From an uncultured Bacilli bacterium (GTDB lineage: Bacteria > Bacillota_I > Bacilli_A > RF39 > UBA660): 64,000 bases of DNA. Where the stretch lies: the NCBI GenBank assembly GCA_944359725.1, contig CALVSY010000007.1, positions 130 through 64,129 on the forward strand. Direction: 5' to 3'. The position numbers were made by a program, and so were the translations under genes. The notes beneath the pieces were generated by a model. The model worked only from the letters and a program-made list of their open reading frames with translations, was not told the origin of the DNA and ran no database searches. Shown piece by piece: positions 27,141-36,698 of the stretch (the stretch's first letter is position 1; every line of letters starts with the position of its first letter).

Positions 27141-27150
27141 TCTTTTTTTA

Positions 27151-27213
27151 AAAAATTTTTTAAATTTTTTAGGGGATTTTAAAAAGTTATGGAGAAGTAT
27201 AAGTATGAGGAGG
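27151..27213 (+). repeat. Intergenic element, copy 2 (see 1032-1106)
   Basis: AAAAATTTTTTAAATTTTTTAGGGGATTTTAAAAAGTTATGGAGAAGTATAAGTATGAGGAGG. The SD is followed only by an 11-codon GTG ORF. Confidence 0.5.
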
Positions 27214-27272
27214 CAGTGAAAAACGCTAGCTTTGTTTTCCATTTCTTTTGAGTAAGAAGGGATGTGGTAATT

Positions 27273-27362
27273 ATGAGATTTAGATTTGAAATAAAGTTTA
27301 ATATCAAATTAATTATCGTTTTAATGCTTGTAATAGCAGTTATTGTTATTATAAATTATTAG
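27273..27362 (+). CDS. 29-aa hydrophobic peptide (candidate small membrane protein or type I toxin-like)
   Basis: MRFRFEIKFNIKLIIVLMLVIAVIVIINY. Weak SD AGAAGGGA at 27255-27262. A terminator follows immediately. Confidence 0.3.
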   Translation: MRFRFEIKFNIKLIIVLMLVIAVIVIINY

Positions 27363-27368
27363 AAGAAA

Positions 27369-27399
27369 AACAAGGTTAGTTTTGCCTAGCCTTGTTTTT
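27369..27399 (+). terminator. Intrinsic terminator
   Basis: AACAAGGTTAG / CTAGCCTTGTT (one mismatch) plus a T-run. Confidence 0.55.
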
Positions 27400-27590
27400 C
27401 AATAAACCAAAAATTTATCTGGAAAACAACTAGTTAAGCTGCTTCCTTACACTTTTATTATATCCAAAAATAAAAATAATATCAATATAAAAATTACTTT
27501 ACACTAATAAAATTATTTATATTTATTTTTTATAAATAAAGCATTTTATGTGTTATTATAAAGGTGGGATAAAGTAAAAAGGAGTAGGAA

Positions 27591-29636
27591 ATGGGAGTGT
27601 TTAAAAATAAGGTTGGAAGGCCTTCAAAAAGGATTATTAAAACAAGAAGATTATTAACTATGTTATTAGTTGTTTTGGTTGCTACCAGTGTTTTTGTATT
27701 ATCTAATTTAACCAGTATTAAAAAATTAAAGGGATTAACAACTGATGTTACCGCACCAGTTTTAACGTATTTTGAACTTTCTCAATCGGTTGCTAAAACT
27801 GGTGATGCTATAGATGTAAATACTGATGCAAAGGATGATCTAACAGGTATTTCTCAGCTTCGTGTTTATTATACAGATGATAGTGATGTATGGAGTGGTG
27901 AATCTTTTGAAGCTAACGTTATTGATGGTGTAATGTATGTTCCAACTAATGCAAAACCTGGTGTGTATCAAATAACGTATATTTATTTATCTGATATGAA
28001 GGGTAATAATAAGATGTATGCAACTAGTGCTTTATGTGATGCTGCATCTTATGAGTTCAAGAGTAATGGTTATTGCACTTCTAATATAAAAACAAGTAAA
28101 TTAGAAGTTTTACAAGGTGATGATAAACAAGATGTTACCGCACCAGTAATTAATAATGTTAACATTGATAAAAATAGTGCTAAAGCTGGTGAAAAAATCA
28201 AGATAAGTGCTTCTGTAAGTGACGATTATTCTGGTGTTTCATCTGTTTTCGTGTTATTTAAATCATTATCACAAGGACTAAATTTAGTTTATAACGCTGA
28301 AAGTAAAAACTATGAAGGAGAGTATAACGTTCCTATGTATGGAACTGATTTAGTAATTGATTCTATTAGAGTTGAGGATAATAATCAAAATAGTCAAATA
28401 TATTTAAATGAAAGTTTATATCCAACTTATAGTAATAAAAAATTTAATGTAAGTCCGGTTAAAATTTTAAATGGTATTAATGATAATAGTAAGCCAGAAT
28501 TGGTAAGTTATAGCATTGCCAAGGAAAAAGTTGATGCTCCTTACGAACTTCCTATTACTATTAAAACAAAGGATGATACTGGAATAAGTGATGCATATGC
28601 ATATATTTATAAAAAGGATGATAAAACTTATGCAGAAACTAATTTACAAGCTTACTTTTATGATTGTACTTTAAAAGATGGAAACAATGTTTGTGATACT
28701 ACTATTTTACTTGATCAGTACGTAGAAGAAGGAAGCTATGTTATAGGTAAAATAACGTTAACTGATTTAGCGGGCAATAAGGTTACTTACAGCATAAATC
28801 CTAAGAATGACGAGTTAAAGTTAAGTGATGTTAAAGATTTTGAGATAACTTCAACTTTTAAGTATGACTTGGTTGTATCAACCGCACAAAGTGATATTGT
28901 AAGTAAAATAAAGTCTGCAAAAAATGATGCTAATATATCAATTGATTGTAATACTTATTCGGTTATTGATAAAGATGTTTTTGATGCTATAAAAGGTACT
29001 AATAAGACAATTTATGTTGAATCTAATGGTATTACTTGGATATTTAATGGTAAGGATATTAAAAGGTCTAAAGACTTGGATACCAGTATTGATTTTAATT
29101 ATTTATATAATGATGAATTAAATGATTTAATAAAGCCAATTTTAAATAAAGCTTTCGTTATTAATTTTACTAATAATGGAAAATTGCCTGGTAAGGCATT
29201 AATTAGAATTAAGGCTGATTATACGTTAAAAAATTATATTGGTGTAAAAGATTTAACGGTTTTATATTATGATAGAGCATCTAAAATGTTTGATTATGTT
29301 GCAAGAAAAATTAATTTAAGCGATAATGGATATTATGAGTTTTATATTTCACATAATAGTTCATATTTGATTTCTAGTGATGAACCAGAAGAAAAATATA
29401 TCTCAGATAATACTGAAGATTTAAAAATTAATGAGGAATATAATGCATCAAAAAAGAAAGATGCTAAAAACATTAAATCAGAAAGTGTAGATAATACTTC
29501 TAATAATAATAGCAATTTGATTATGATTATAACGGTAATAGTTTTTATATTGATAATATTATTAGTTATGTTTATTGTTATTAAAAAGAAGAATAATAAA
29601 AAAAGAAAAGAAAAAATAATTAATAATAAAAAATAG
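27591..29636 (+). CDS. Large cell-surface protein with three Ig-like repeat modules, an N-terminal signal/anchor and a C-terminal TM plus basic tail
   Basis: 681 aa. Repeated module starts DVTAPVL.. / DVTAPVI.. / SKPELVS.. each followed by a D(D/T)xSG(I/V)S motif. C-terminus LIMIITVIVFILIILLVMFIVIKKKNNKKRKEK. Confidence 0.6.
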   Translation: MGVFKNKVGRPSKRIIKTRRLLTMLLVVLVATSVFVLSNLTSIKKLKGLTTDVTAPVLTYFELSQSVAKTGDAIDVNTDAKDDLTGISQLRVYYTDDSDVWSGESFEANVIDGVMYVPTNAKPGVYQITYIYLSDMKGNNKMYATSALCDAASYEFKSNGYCTSNIKTSKLEVLQGDDKQDVTAPVINNVNIDKNSAKAGEKIKISASVSDDYSGVSSVFVLFKSLSQGLNLVYNAESKNYEGEYNVPMYGTDLVIDSIRVEDNNQNSQIYLNESLYPTYSNKKFNVSPVKILNGINDNSKPELVSYSIAKEKVDAPYELPITIKTKDDTGISDAYAYIYKKDDKTYAETNLQAYFYDCTLKDGNNVCDTTILLDQYVEEGSYVIGKITLTDLAGNKVTYSINPKNDELKLSDVKDFEITSTFKYDLVVSTAQSDIVSKIKSAKNDANISIDCNTYSVIDKDVFDAIKGTNKTIYVESNGITWIFNGKDIKRSKDLDTSIDFNYLYNDELNDLIKPILNKAFVINFTNNGKLPGKALIRIKADYTLKNYIGVKDLTVLYYDRASKMFDYVARKINLSDNGYYEFYISHNSSYLISSDEPEEKYISDNTEDLKINEEYNASKKKDAKNIKSESVDNTSNNNSNLIMIITVIVFILIILLVMFIVIKKKNNKKRKEKIINNKK

Positions 29637-29658
29637 TTGGACTCTTTTATCCAACTAT
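29633..29658. terminator. Bidirectional hairpin spanning both convergent stop codons
   Basis: ATAGTTGGA (29633-29641) / TCCAACTAT (29650-29658), perfect 9 bp. Confidence 0.6.
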
Positions 29659-29819
29659 TTATTTTCTTTAAAGCTATCACAGATGGTTTCTTTTTTCTTA
29701 GCGTCACATCCATCACATGTTGCACTTACTTTTATTTCATTTAAAGTGCAGTAATTGTCAGATGAGTTATTATACTTGCATGATTCTACATCACATTTAA
29801 TAGATTTGTTATTATCCAT
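29655..29819 (-). CDS. DUF1540-like small Cys-rich protein (54 aa)
   Basis: Absent from the ORF track. SD GGAGG (reverse complement of 29829-29833), ATG at 29819. Product MDNNKSIKCDVESCKYNNSSDNYCTLNEIKVSATCDGCDAKKKETICDSFKENK. The C-x4-C...C pattern is typical of DUF1540 (recollection). Confidence 0.55.
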   Translation of the reverse strand: MDNNKSIKCDVESCKYNNSSDNYCTLNEIKVSATCDGCDAKKKETICDSFKENK

Positions 29820-29976
29820 ATTTTTTTACCTCCATAAATATTATTTACGATATAAAAAATATTATTCATGTGTAAAGCTGTTTTAAAAAACATGTTTTAT
29901 TATGTATTTATTTAGCTAATAATGTTAACCTTTACTTTTATATTTGGTATAATTATATTTGTTAGGGAGTAATTTA

Positions 29977-31008
29977 ATGAACAATATTTATGATTATACG
30001 AAAAAGGATTTAGAAAATTATTTTTTAAGTATGGGAGAATCCAAATTTAGGTCAAGTCAAGTATTTGATTGGCTTTATATAAAAAGAGTAAAATCTTTTG
30101 ATGAAATGACTAATTTGAAAAAAGATTTAATTACGTATTTAAAAAATAATTTTAGTACTTCGTTTATAAAACAAGTTGCTAAAGAAGAAGATGTTGATGT
30201 AAAAAAATATTTATTTGAGCTTTTTGATGGTAATAAAATAGAAGCGGTTTTAATGCACCATGATTATGGTAATAGCATTTGTGTTTCAACGCAAGTTGGT
30301 TGTAATATGGGTTGCCGTTTTTGTGAGAGTGGAAGGCTTAAAAAACTAAGAAATTTAAACGTGTGTGAGCTTGTCCAGCAGGTTCTTTTAGTAGAAGAAG
30401 ATATTAAAGATAGAATCAGTCACGTCGTTTTAATGGGGATTGGTGAGCCTTTTGATAATTATGATAACGTTATGAAGTTTATTAACATCATAAATGATCC
30501 TAAGGGAATTAACATTGGTATAAGGCATATTACGGTATCAACTTGCGGTATTGTACCTAAGATTAATGAGTTTGCAAATGAAAAGATAGGGATTAACTTA
30601 GCGATAAGTCTTCATGCTCCTAATAATAAAATAAGAGATATGATAATGCCTATTAATAAGGCTTATAAAATAGATGATATTATGGATGCTGTTAAAGATT
30701 ATATTAAAAAGACAAACAGAAGAGTAACTTTTGAGTACATATTATTAAAAGACGTAAATGATTCTTGCGAGTGTGCAAAAGAGCTTAGTAATTTATTAAA
30801 GGGTATTAACTGCTATGTAAATTTAATTCCTTATAATGAAACTAGTAATATTAAGTACAAAAAAAGTGATAAAGTGACAATTAATGAATTTTATGATATA
30901 TTAAAAAAGAATAATATAAACGTAACGATAAGAAGAGAATTTGGCTCAAATGTATCAGCGGCATGTGGACAGTTAAGGAGCAAGCAGATAAAAAGAAAGG
31001 AAGATTAA
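29977..31008 (+). CDS. rlmN: 23S rRNA/tRNA (adenine-C2)-methyltransferase RlmN (radical SAM)
   Basis: CNMGCRFCESG radical-SAM cluster motif and C-terminal AACGQL. ATG 29977 after TAGGGAG. Confidence 0.9.
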   Translation: MNNIYDYTKKDLENYFLSMGESKFRSSQVFDWLYIKRVKSFDEMTNLKKDLITYLKNNFSTSFIKQVAKEEDVDVKKYLFELFDGNKIEAVLMHHDYGNSICVSTQVGCNMGCRFCESGRLKKLRNLNVCELVQQVLLVEEDIKDRISHVVLMGIGEPFDNYDNVMKFINIINDPKGINIGIRHITVSTCGIVPKINEFANEKIGINLAISLHAPNNKIRDMIMPINKAYKIDDIMDAVKDYIKKTNRRVTFEYILLKDVNDSCECAKELSNLLKGINCYVNLIPYNETSNIKYKKSDKVTINEFYDILKKNNINVTIRREFGSNVSAACGQLRSKQIKRKED

Positions 31009-31009
31009 C

Positions 31010-31747
31010 GTGAAAGCATATTACATATCAGATACTGGTAAAGTAAGAACTCACAATGAAGATTCAGTTATGATAGTTAAAAATTTATCAGGTGAATATT
31101 TAATGGTTGTTGCTGATGGTATGGGAGGCCATAAAGCAGGTGAGATTGCATCTTCCATAGTTGTTAATGGCTTAACTGATAAGTTTAAGAACATGGAATC
31201 GATTGGAGAAAAAGATGGCGCGGTAAACTGGATTAGAGAAAACGTAAACGAACTTAATGATGCTATTTTTAAATACACTGATGAATTCCCAGAAAGTAAG
31301 GGAATGGGTACTACTTTGGTACTTTCGGTAATAACAGAAGAATATATATTATTTGGAAACGTTGGTGATTCATCAGGCTTTGTAGTTAAAAATCATGAGT
31401 TATATAAAGTAACTAAGGATCATACGCTTGTTAATTTACTTGTTGAAACAGGTGAACTAACCAAGGAAGAAGCTAAAAATCATCCAAGGAAGAACGTTCT
31501 TATGAGGGCACTTGGTGCTAATAATCCAATTGATGTTGATATATTTGACGTTGAAAAAAACTGTGATGCGATTTTACTTTGTAGTGACGGATTAACTAAC
31601 ATGTTAACTAAAAACCAAATAGAAAAAGTTTTAAACAGTGATTTATCAGTCGAAGAGAGAATAGTAAAATTAATTAAGAAAAGCAATTTAAGGGGTGGCA
31701 CTGATAACGTATCAATTGCGTATTTAGAAAAGGAAAGTGGTGAATAG
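31010..31747 (+). CDS. prpC: PP2C-family Ser/Thr phosphatase (PrpC/Stp)
   Basis: Motifs VADGMGGHKAGE, GTT, CSDGL and GGTDNVS. GTG start. Confidence 0.9.
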   Translation: MKAYYISDTGKVRTHNEDSVMIVKNLSGEYLMVVADGMGGHKAGEIASSIVVNGLTDKFKNMESIGEKDGAVNWIRENVNELNDAIFKYTDEFPESKGMGTTLVLSVITEEYILFGNVGDSSGFVVKNHELYKVTKDHTLVNLLVETGELTKEEAKNHPRKNVLMRALGANNPIDVDIFDVEKNCDAILLCSDGLTNMLTKNQIEKVLNSDLSVEERIVKLIKKSNLRGGTDNVSIAYLEKESGE

Positions 31748-31749
31748 CT

Positions 31750-33495
31750 ATGATTGCAAAGGGCGAACTTGTAAATGATCGCTATGAAATCGAAAAATTA
31801 ATTGGTGAAGGTGGCATGGCTAACGTTTATTTAGCTAAAGATACCATATTAGATAGAAAAGTTGCGGTAAAGGTATTACGTGGTGATTTAGCAGGTGATG
31901 AAAAATTTGTAAGAAGATTCCAAAGGGAAGCACTTGCGGCATCATCTTTATCTCATCCTAACATCGTTGAGATTTACGACGTTGGTGAAGATAACGGAAA
32001 CTTTTACATCGTAATGGAGTACATTGATGGCAAAACGTTAAAACAATTAATTAAAAAGCGTGGTGTATTAACGCTTCCTGAGACCATTGACATAATGATG
32101 CAATTATTAGATGCACTTGCAACCGCACATGATTCGTACATTATTCACCGTGATATAAAACCTCAAAACATCATGATAAAAGATAGTGGTTTAGTTAAGA
32201 TTACTGATTTTGGTATTGCAATGGCACTTAATAGTGCGCAGTTAACGCAGACTAACTCGGTTATGGGATCGGTTCATTACTTACCACCGGAACAAGCAAG
32301 TGGAAAAGGATCAACCATTAGAAGTGATATATATTCACTTGGAATACTAATGTTTGAGATGTTAACGGGAAGAGTTCCGTTTAAAGGTGATAGTGCCGTT
32401 GAAATAGCATTAAAACACATGAAAGAGCCACTTCCTTCGGTAAGAGAAATTAATCCAGTTGTTCCTCAGTCGGTTGAAAACATCATCTTAAAAGCTGCTG
32501 CTAAAAATCCTAAAAACAGATATAAAGACGTAAGGGATATGAAGGATGATTTAAAAACGTGTTTAGATGAAGACAGGCAAAATGAACCAAGAATAACGTT
32601 TAAATATCCAGAAACGGATTTTTCTGATACTAAGACGGTTACTTTAAAAGAAACTAAAAAACAGTCAAAAGAAGATAAGCCTGTTGTAAAACAAATAACA
32701 GAAGATGATAAAATAGAAAAAGGCAATAAGAAAAAAATGATAATCATATCTTCTATAATAGGAGTTTTAATTCTTGCTTTTGTACTTATTGTAATAGTAA
32801 TACCAAAACTTACAGAAAAAGATGAGATAAAAGTTCCTGATGTTTATGGTATGGAAATATCAGAAGCTGAAGAGTTACTTAAGGAAAGTGGATTTAAATT
32901 AGATTCTAAAAAACGAGCTAGTGATGATGTTGATGAAGATTTGGTAATTGAAACAGATCCAGCAAGAAATCGTTACGTAAAAGAAGGTTCAACAATAACA
33001 ATATATTACTCATCAGGTTCTGAAAAAATAGAAATTGAAGATTACACTGGTCAAAACGTGTATGAAGTAAAAGCAAAGCTTGAACTTTTAGGACTAACCG
33101 TAAACGTTGAGGAAAAAGAAGTAGAAGACTCAAGCGCTTATAAAGATAAAGAGGAATTAATTATTGATCAAAGTACTGAAAAAGGAGAAAAACTATCTTC
33201 TGGAGAAGTTATAACATTATATATTCCAAAAATACTTTCTGTTTATCCTGACATGGTTAGTGAAGGTTGGAGCGTTGATAGAGCAACTGAGTTTTGCGAA
33301 GAGTATGGTCTTACTTTAAGTGTTCAATATCAAGAAACGGCAGATGTAGAAGAAGGAATGGTTTTAGCGCAAGATCCAAAACCAGGGGAAGAAGTATTTG
33401 AAGGTGAAACGGTAAAAATAGTTGTATCTAAAATGCCAACTACAACGTCGACAACAACTACTGCACCTGATTCATCTTCTTTAGAGGATGAATAA
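31750..33495 (+). CDS. prkC: Ser/Thr protein kinase with PASTA repeats (PrkC)
   Basis: Hanks kinase motifs (GEGGMANVY, VAVK, HRDIKPQN, DFG), a TM helix and three PASTA-like repeats. Confidence 0.9.
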   Translation: MIAKGELVNDRYEIEKLIGEGGMANVYLAKDTILDRKVAVKVLRGDLAGDEKFVRRFQREALAASSLSHPNIVEIYDVGEDNGNFYIVMEYIDGKTLKQLIKKRGVLTLPETIDIMMQLLDALATAHDSYIIHRDIKPQNIMIKDSGLVKITDFGIAMALNSAQLTQTNSVMGSVHYLPPEQASGKGSTIRSDIYSLGILMFEMLTGRVPFKGDSAVEIALKHMKEPLPSVREINPVVPQSVENIILKAAAKNPKNRYKDVRDMKDDLKTCLDEDRQNEPRITFKYPETDFSDTKTVTLKETKKQSKEDKPVVKQITEDDKIEKGNKKKMIIISSIIGVLILAFVLIVIVIPKLTEKDEIKVPDVYGMEISEAEELLKESGFKLDSKKRASDDVDEDLVIETDPARNRYVKEGSTITIYYSSGSEKIEIEDYTGQNVYEVKAKLELLGLTVNVEEKEVEDSSAYKDKEELIIDQSTEKGEKLSSGEVITLYIPKILSVYPDMVSEGWSVDRATEFCEEYGLTLSVQYQETADVEEGMVLAQDPKPGEEVFEGETVKIVVSKMPTTTSTTTTAPDSSSLEDE

Positions 33496-34337
33496 TGAAA
33501 GGTAGAATAATAAAACAAATAAGTAATAAGTGGACGGTAAGTTGTGATAAAAAACTTACAGATTGCTCATCTATCGGAAAGTTTAGGTATAAAAATATAC
33601 ATCCAGTAGTAGGTGATATCGTAGAGTTTGATAATGATAATAAAATAATAACTAGCATTTATACAAGACGAAATGAGCTTGTAAGGCCACCGGTTTCTAA
33701 CGTTGATCAAGCAATTATTTTAACAAGCTGTACAGAGCCTTCTTTTTCTAGTAATCTACTTGATAAAATGCTTGTTGTAATAGAATATAACAACATTAAA
33801 CCAGTAATTTGTTTTACTAAGTATGATTTACTTGTTAATACTAGTGAAATAGATGAAATAATTGATTATTATAAAAAAATAGGTTATAAGGTATTTATTA
33901 ATAATGAACTTGTTAATATAAAAAGCGTTTTAAAAGGTAAGGTAAGCGTTTTAACAGGTCAAACAGGAGTTGGTAAATCTTCTTTATTAAATAGGCTAAA
34001 AGATGATTTAAACTTAAAAACTGGTGAAATATCAAAAGCCTTAGGAAGAGGAAGACACACAACAAGACATGTAGAATTATTAGAAGTAGAAGAAGGTTTA
34101 GTCGCGGATACTCCTGGTTTTTCTTCCTTGGACTTTAACGGAATGAATAAAAAAGACATTAAAGATAACTTTGTTGAGTTTTACGAAAACGAAGATAAGT
34201 GTAAGTATAAAGACTGCATGCACATAAAAGAAGATGGATGCTACATTAAAAAGTTAGTAGAAGAAGGTAAAATAAGAAATACCAGGTATAATAATTACGT
34301 TAAATTTATCGAAAGTATAAACGAAAAGAAGTGGTAA
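33495..34337 (+). CDS. rsgA: Ribosome small-subunit-dependent GTPase A
   Basis: Circularly permuted GTPase (FTKYDL; GQTGVGKSSLLN; DTPGF) with a C-terminal Zn knuckle (CKYKDCMHIKEDGC). Overlaps the prkC stop (TAATG). Confidence 0.9.
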   Translation: MKGRIIKQISNKWTVSCDKKLTDCSSIGKFRYKNIHPVVGDIVEFDNDNKIITSIYTRRNELVRPPVSNVDQAIILTSCTEPSFSSNLLDKMLVVIEYNNIKPVICFTKYDLLVNTSEIDEIIDYYKKIGYKVFINNELVNIKSVLKGKVSVLTGQTGVGKSSLLNRLKDDLNLKTGEISKALGRGRHTTRHVELLEVEEGLVADTPGFSSLDFNGMNKKDIKDNFVEFYENEDKCKYKDCMHIKEDGCYIKKLVEEGKIRNTRYNNYVKFIESINEKKW

Positions 34338-34338
34338 T

Positions 34339-34959
34339 ATGAAAGTTTCAGTATCAATATTAAAAGAATATGATAACTTAAAATATGCTATAGAAAAAGT
34401 AAATCAAACAAGTGCGGATTTCTTACACGTTGACGTTATGGATGGAGTTTTTGTAAGTAACAAATGTTTTCCATTAGAAAAGGTAACGGAAGCTAAGGAT
34501 TTATCCAAAAAGCCGTTAGACGTTCATTTAATGGTAAAAGATCATGAACTAATAAAGAAATATGTAAGCATCAATCCATGTTATTTAACATTCCACATAG
34601 AAGTAATAGAAGATGATGCATTAATAAAATACGTTAAAAGTAAAGGTATAAAAGTAGGACTTGCAATTAATCCAGAAACTAGTATTGATAAATTAGTGCC
34701 TTATTTAAACGACATAGACTTAGTTTTATTTATGAGCGTAGAACCAGGCGCTGGTGGACAAGCATTTAAAAGTGAGGTCTTAGAAAAAGTAAGAAAATTA
34801 AAAAGTATTATTTCATCTAACGTAATAATAAGCATAGATGGTGGAGTAAATGACAAAACATCTTTGTTATGTAAAGATGCGGGGTGTGATATGGTTGTTG
34901 CAGGGTCTTTTATTACAAACAAAGATGATTATGAAGATGGGATAAAACAATTAAGATGA
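34339..34959 (+). CDS. rpe: Ribulose-phosphate 3-epimerase
   Basis: HVDVMDG, HLMV, MSVEPGAGGQAF and DGG motifs. Confidence 0.9.
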   Translation: MKVSVSILKEYDNLKYAIEKVNQTSADFLHVDVMDGVFVSNKCFPLEKVTEAKDLSKKPLDVHLMVKDHELIKKYVSINPCYLTFHIEVIEDDALIKYVKSKGIKVGLAINPETSIDKLVPYLNDIDLVLFMSVEPGAGGQAFKSEVLEKVRKLKSIISSNVIISIDGGVNDKTSLLCKDAGCDMVVAGSFITNKDDYEDGIKQLR

Positions 34960-35678
34960 CTAGTAGTAAAATAGATGAGCTAAACAAAATAATAAAAAAT
35001 TCTAAAAGAATCGTTTTCTTTGGAGGAGCAGGAGTATCAACCGAAAGCGGAGTTCCTGATTTTAGAAGCAAAGACGGACTTTATAACAGTAATATAAGTG
35101 ATAATCCAGAGTATTTATTAAGTCATGATTGCTTTGTTAATGAACCCGTTAAATTCTTTTCCTTTTACTTTAATAAAATGGTTTATGATGATGCAGGGCC
35201 AAATTGTTGTCATAAAAAGTTAAAAGAATTAGAAGATAAAGGAAAGTTAAGTGCGGTAATAACCCAAAACATAGATGGACTTCATCAAAAGGCCGGATCA
35301 AAAAATGTTATAGAATTACATGGGAATGTTAATTATTTAACTTGCGTAAAATGTGGTAAAAAGTATAATTTAAAAGATATAAAAAGAAGTGGTGTTCCAA
35401 AGTGCTCGTGCGGTGGCACGTTAAAACCAGACGTTGTTTTATATGGTGAGGCATTAGATGAAGATAATGTAAAAAAAGCAGTAGACGCAATAAAAAACGC
35501 TGACACCTTAATTATTGGTGGAACAAGTCTTGTTGTTTATCCAGCAGCAGGTTTTATAAACTTTTTTAAAGGTAAAAACTTAGTAATAATAAATAAAGAT
35601 AAAACTTATGCTGATAACATGGCTAACTTAGTTATAAATGATTCTATCGCTAAGGTTTTTAACAATGTAAATATATAG
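34956..35678 (+). CDS. cobB: NAD-dependent protein deacylase (Sir2 family)
   Basis: GAGVSTESGVPDFRS, TQNIDGLH and HG motifs, with a Zn site CVKCGK...CSCGG. Start overlaps the rpe stop (ATGA). Confidence 0.85.
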   Translation: MTSSKIDELNKIIKNSKRIVFFGGAGVSTESGVPDFRSKDGLYNSNISDNPEYLLSHDCFVNEPVKFFSFYFNKMVYDDAGPNCCHKKLKELEDKGKLSAVITQNIDGLHQKAGSKNVIELHGNVNYLTCVKCGKKYNLKDIKRSGVPKCSCGGTLKPDVVLYGEALDEDNVKKAVDAIKNADTLIIGGTSLVVYPAAGFINFFKGKNLVIINKDKTYADNMANLVINDSIAKVFNNVNI

Positions 35679-35706
35679 GTGCAATTTGACATGATTGCAC
35701 TTTTTT
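35679..35706 (+). terminator. Intrinsic terminator
   Basis: GTGCAAT / ATTGCAC stem followed by TTTTTT. Confidence 0.65.
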
Positions 35707-35742
35707 GTTATTATAACGGCTAATTAAAAAGGTGAAAAAATT

Positions 35743-36681
35743 ATGTCTTATGAAATTTTATATAAAATATTAATGTATGGCGTACCTGCTATTTTTTTGT
35801 TTGATACAGCAGCAGTTGCCACAATTGCTTTAAATCATAATATACTATTATTATCGCATAAGTTATATAAGGAAAGACTGGAAAACAATGGTATAAAATA
35901 TAAATCAGAAACAGAAGATTACAATAAAAAAATGAAAGAATACTGTGATAAAATTAAAAAAATGGATTTAAGTGATCTTGAACTATTTATTAAGTTGATT
36001 CAGGATCTATGGAAAAACATTGATGGCTATAGTATAGGTAAAGATGATTTTCTGGGTTATGAGAGAGTTTATTTGGATATGTCCAAAAAGGGTTGTTGTA
36101 GGCATTTTGCAGATGATTTTACTGCAAAATTAAATTATATAAATCCAAAGTATAATGCAAGAAACGTCATGGTAAATTTAGAAAAAAGTAGAGAAGTTTT
36201 TAATATTCCTACAGAGTTTAAGTTAGTCCCAAATGATTCGAATAAAAGCACTAACAAAGTTGATGATAATGATGAAGAAGATTTTCAAAATATTGACAAT
36301 GAAATCAAGGAAAAAATTGAAAAGGAAATTAAAAACAAAAATAATTATGGTAATCATGTTGTTTGTGCCGTTGATATTCCTCATGAAAATATTACTTTAA
36401 TGATTGACCCTACGAACTCAATTATTGGTTATTTTAAAGGTAAAAAAATAATTACTTATGGAAATGATAAACCGGTATTTACTTATACAAAAAAAGATAA
36501 TATTATATATAGTAAAAGTTTTGCTGAGTTACTAAAAAATAGAATAAAAATGTCATTAAATAAATTTAAATCATCTGATGAAATTGATGAATTATTTGGT
36601 ATAAATGCACAATTAAAAGCTTACGAAAAAGTTTTATACATTGATCAAGACGAGAAATTAGGATATCAAAAATCATTTTAA
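35743..36681 (+). CDS. Membrane-anchored protein with a transglutaminase-like Cys-His-Asp core
   Basis: N-terminal TM helix. KGCCRHFADDF (Cys), GNHVVCAVD (His) and LMIDPTN (Asp), in the order and spacing style of transglutaminase-like cysteine peptidases. Inference from motifs only. Confidence 0.4.
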   Translation: MSYEILYKILMYGVPAIFLFDTAAVATIALNHNILLLSHKLYKERLENNGIKYKSETEDYNKKMKEYCDKIKKMDLSDLELFIKLIQDLWKNIDGYSIGKDDFLGYERVYLDMSKKGCCRHFADDFTAKLNYINPKYNARNVMVNLEKSREVFNIPTEFKLVPNDSNKSTNKVDDNDEEDFQNIDNEIKEKIEKEIKNKNNYGNHVVCAVDIPHENITLMIDPTNSIIGYFKGKKIITYGNDKPVFTYTKKDNIIYSKSFAELLKNRIKMSLNKFKSSDEIDELFGINAQLKAYEKVLYIDQDEKLGYQKSF

Positions 36682-36698
36682 TAATTGGAGGCATTATT

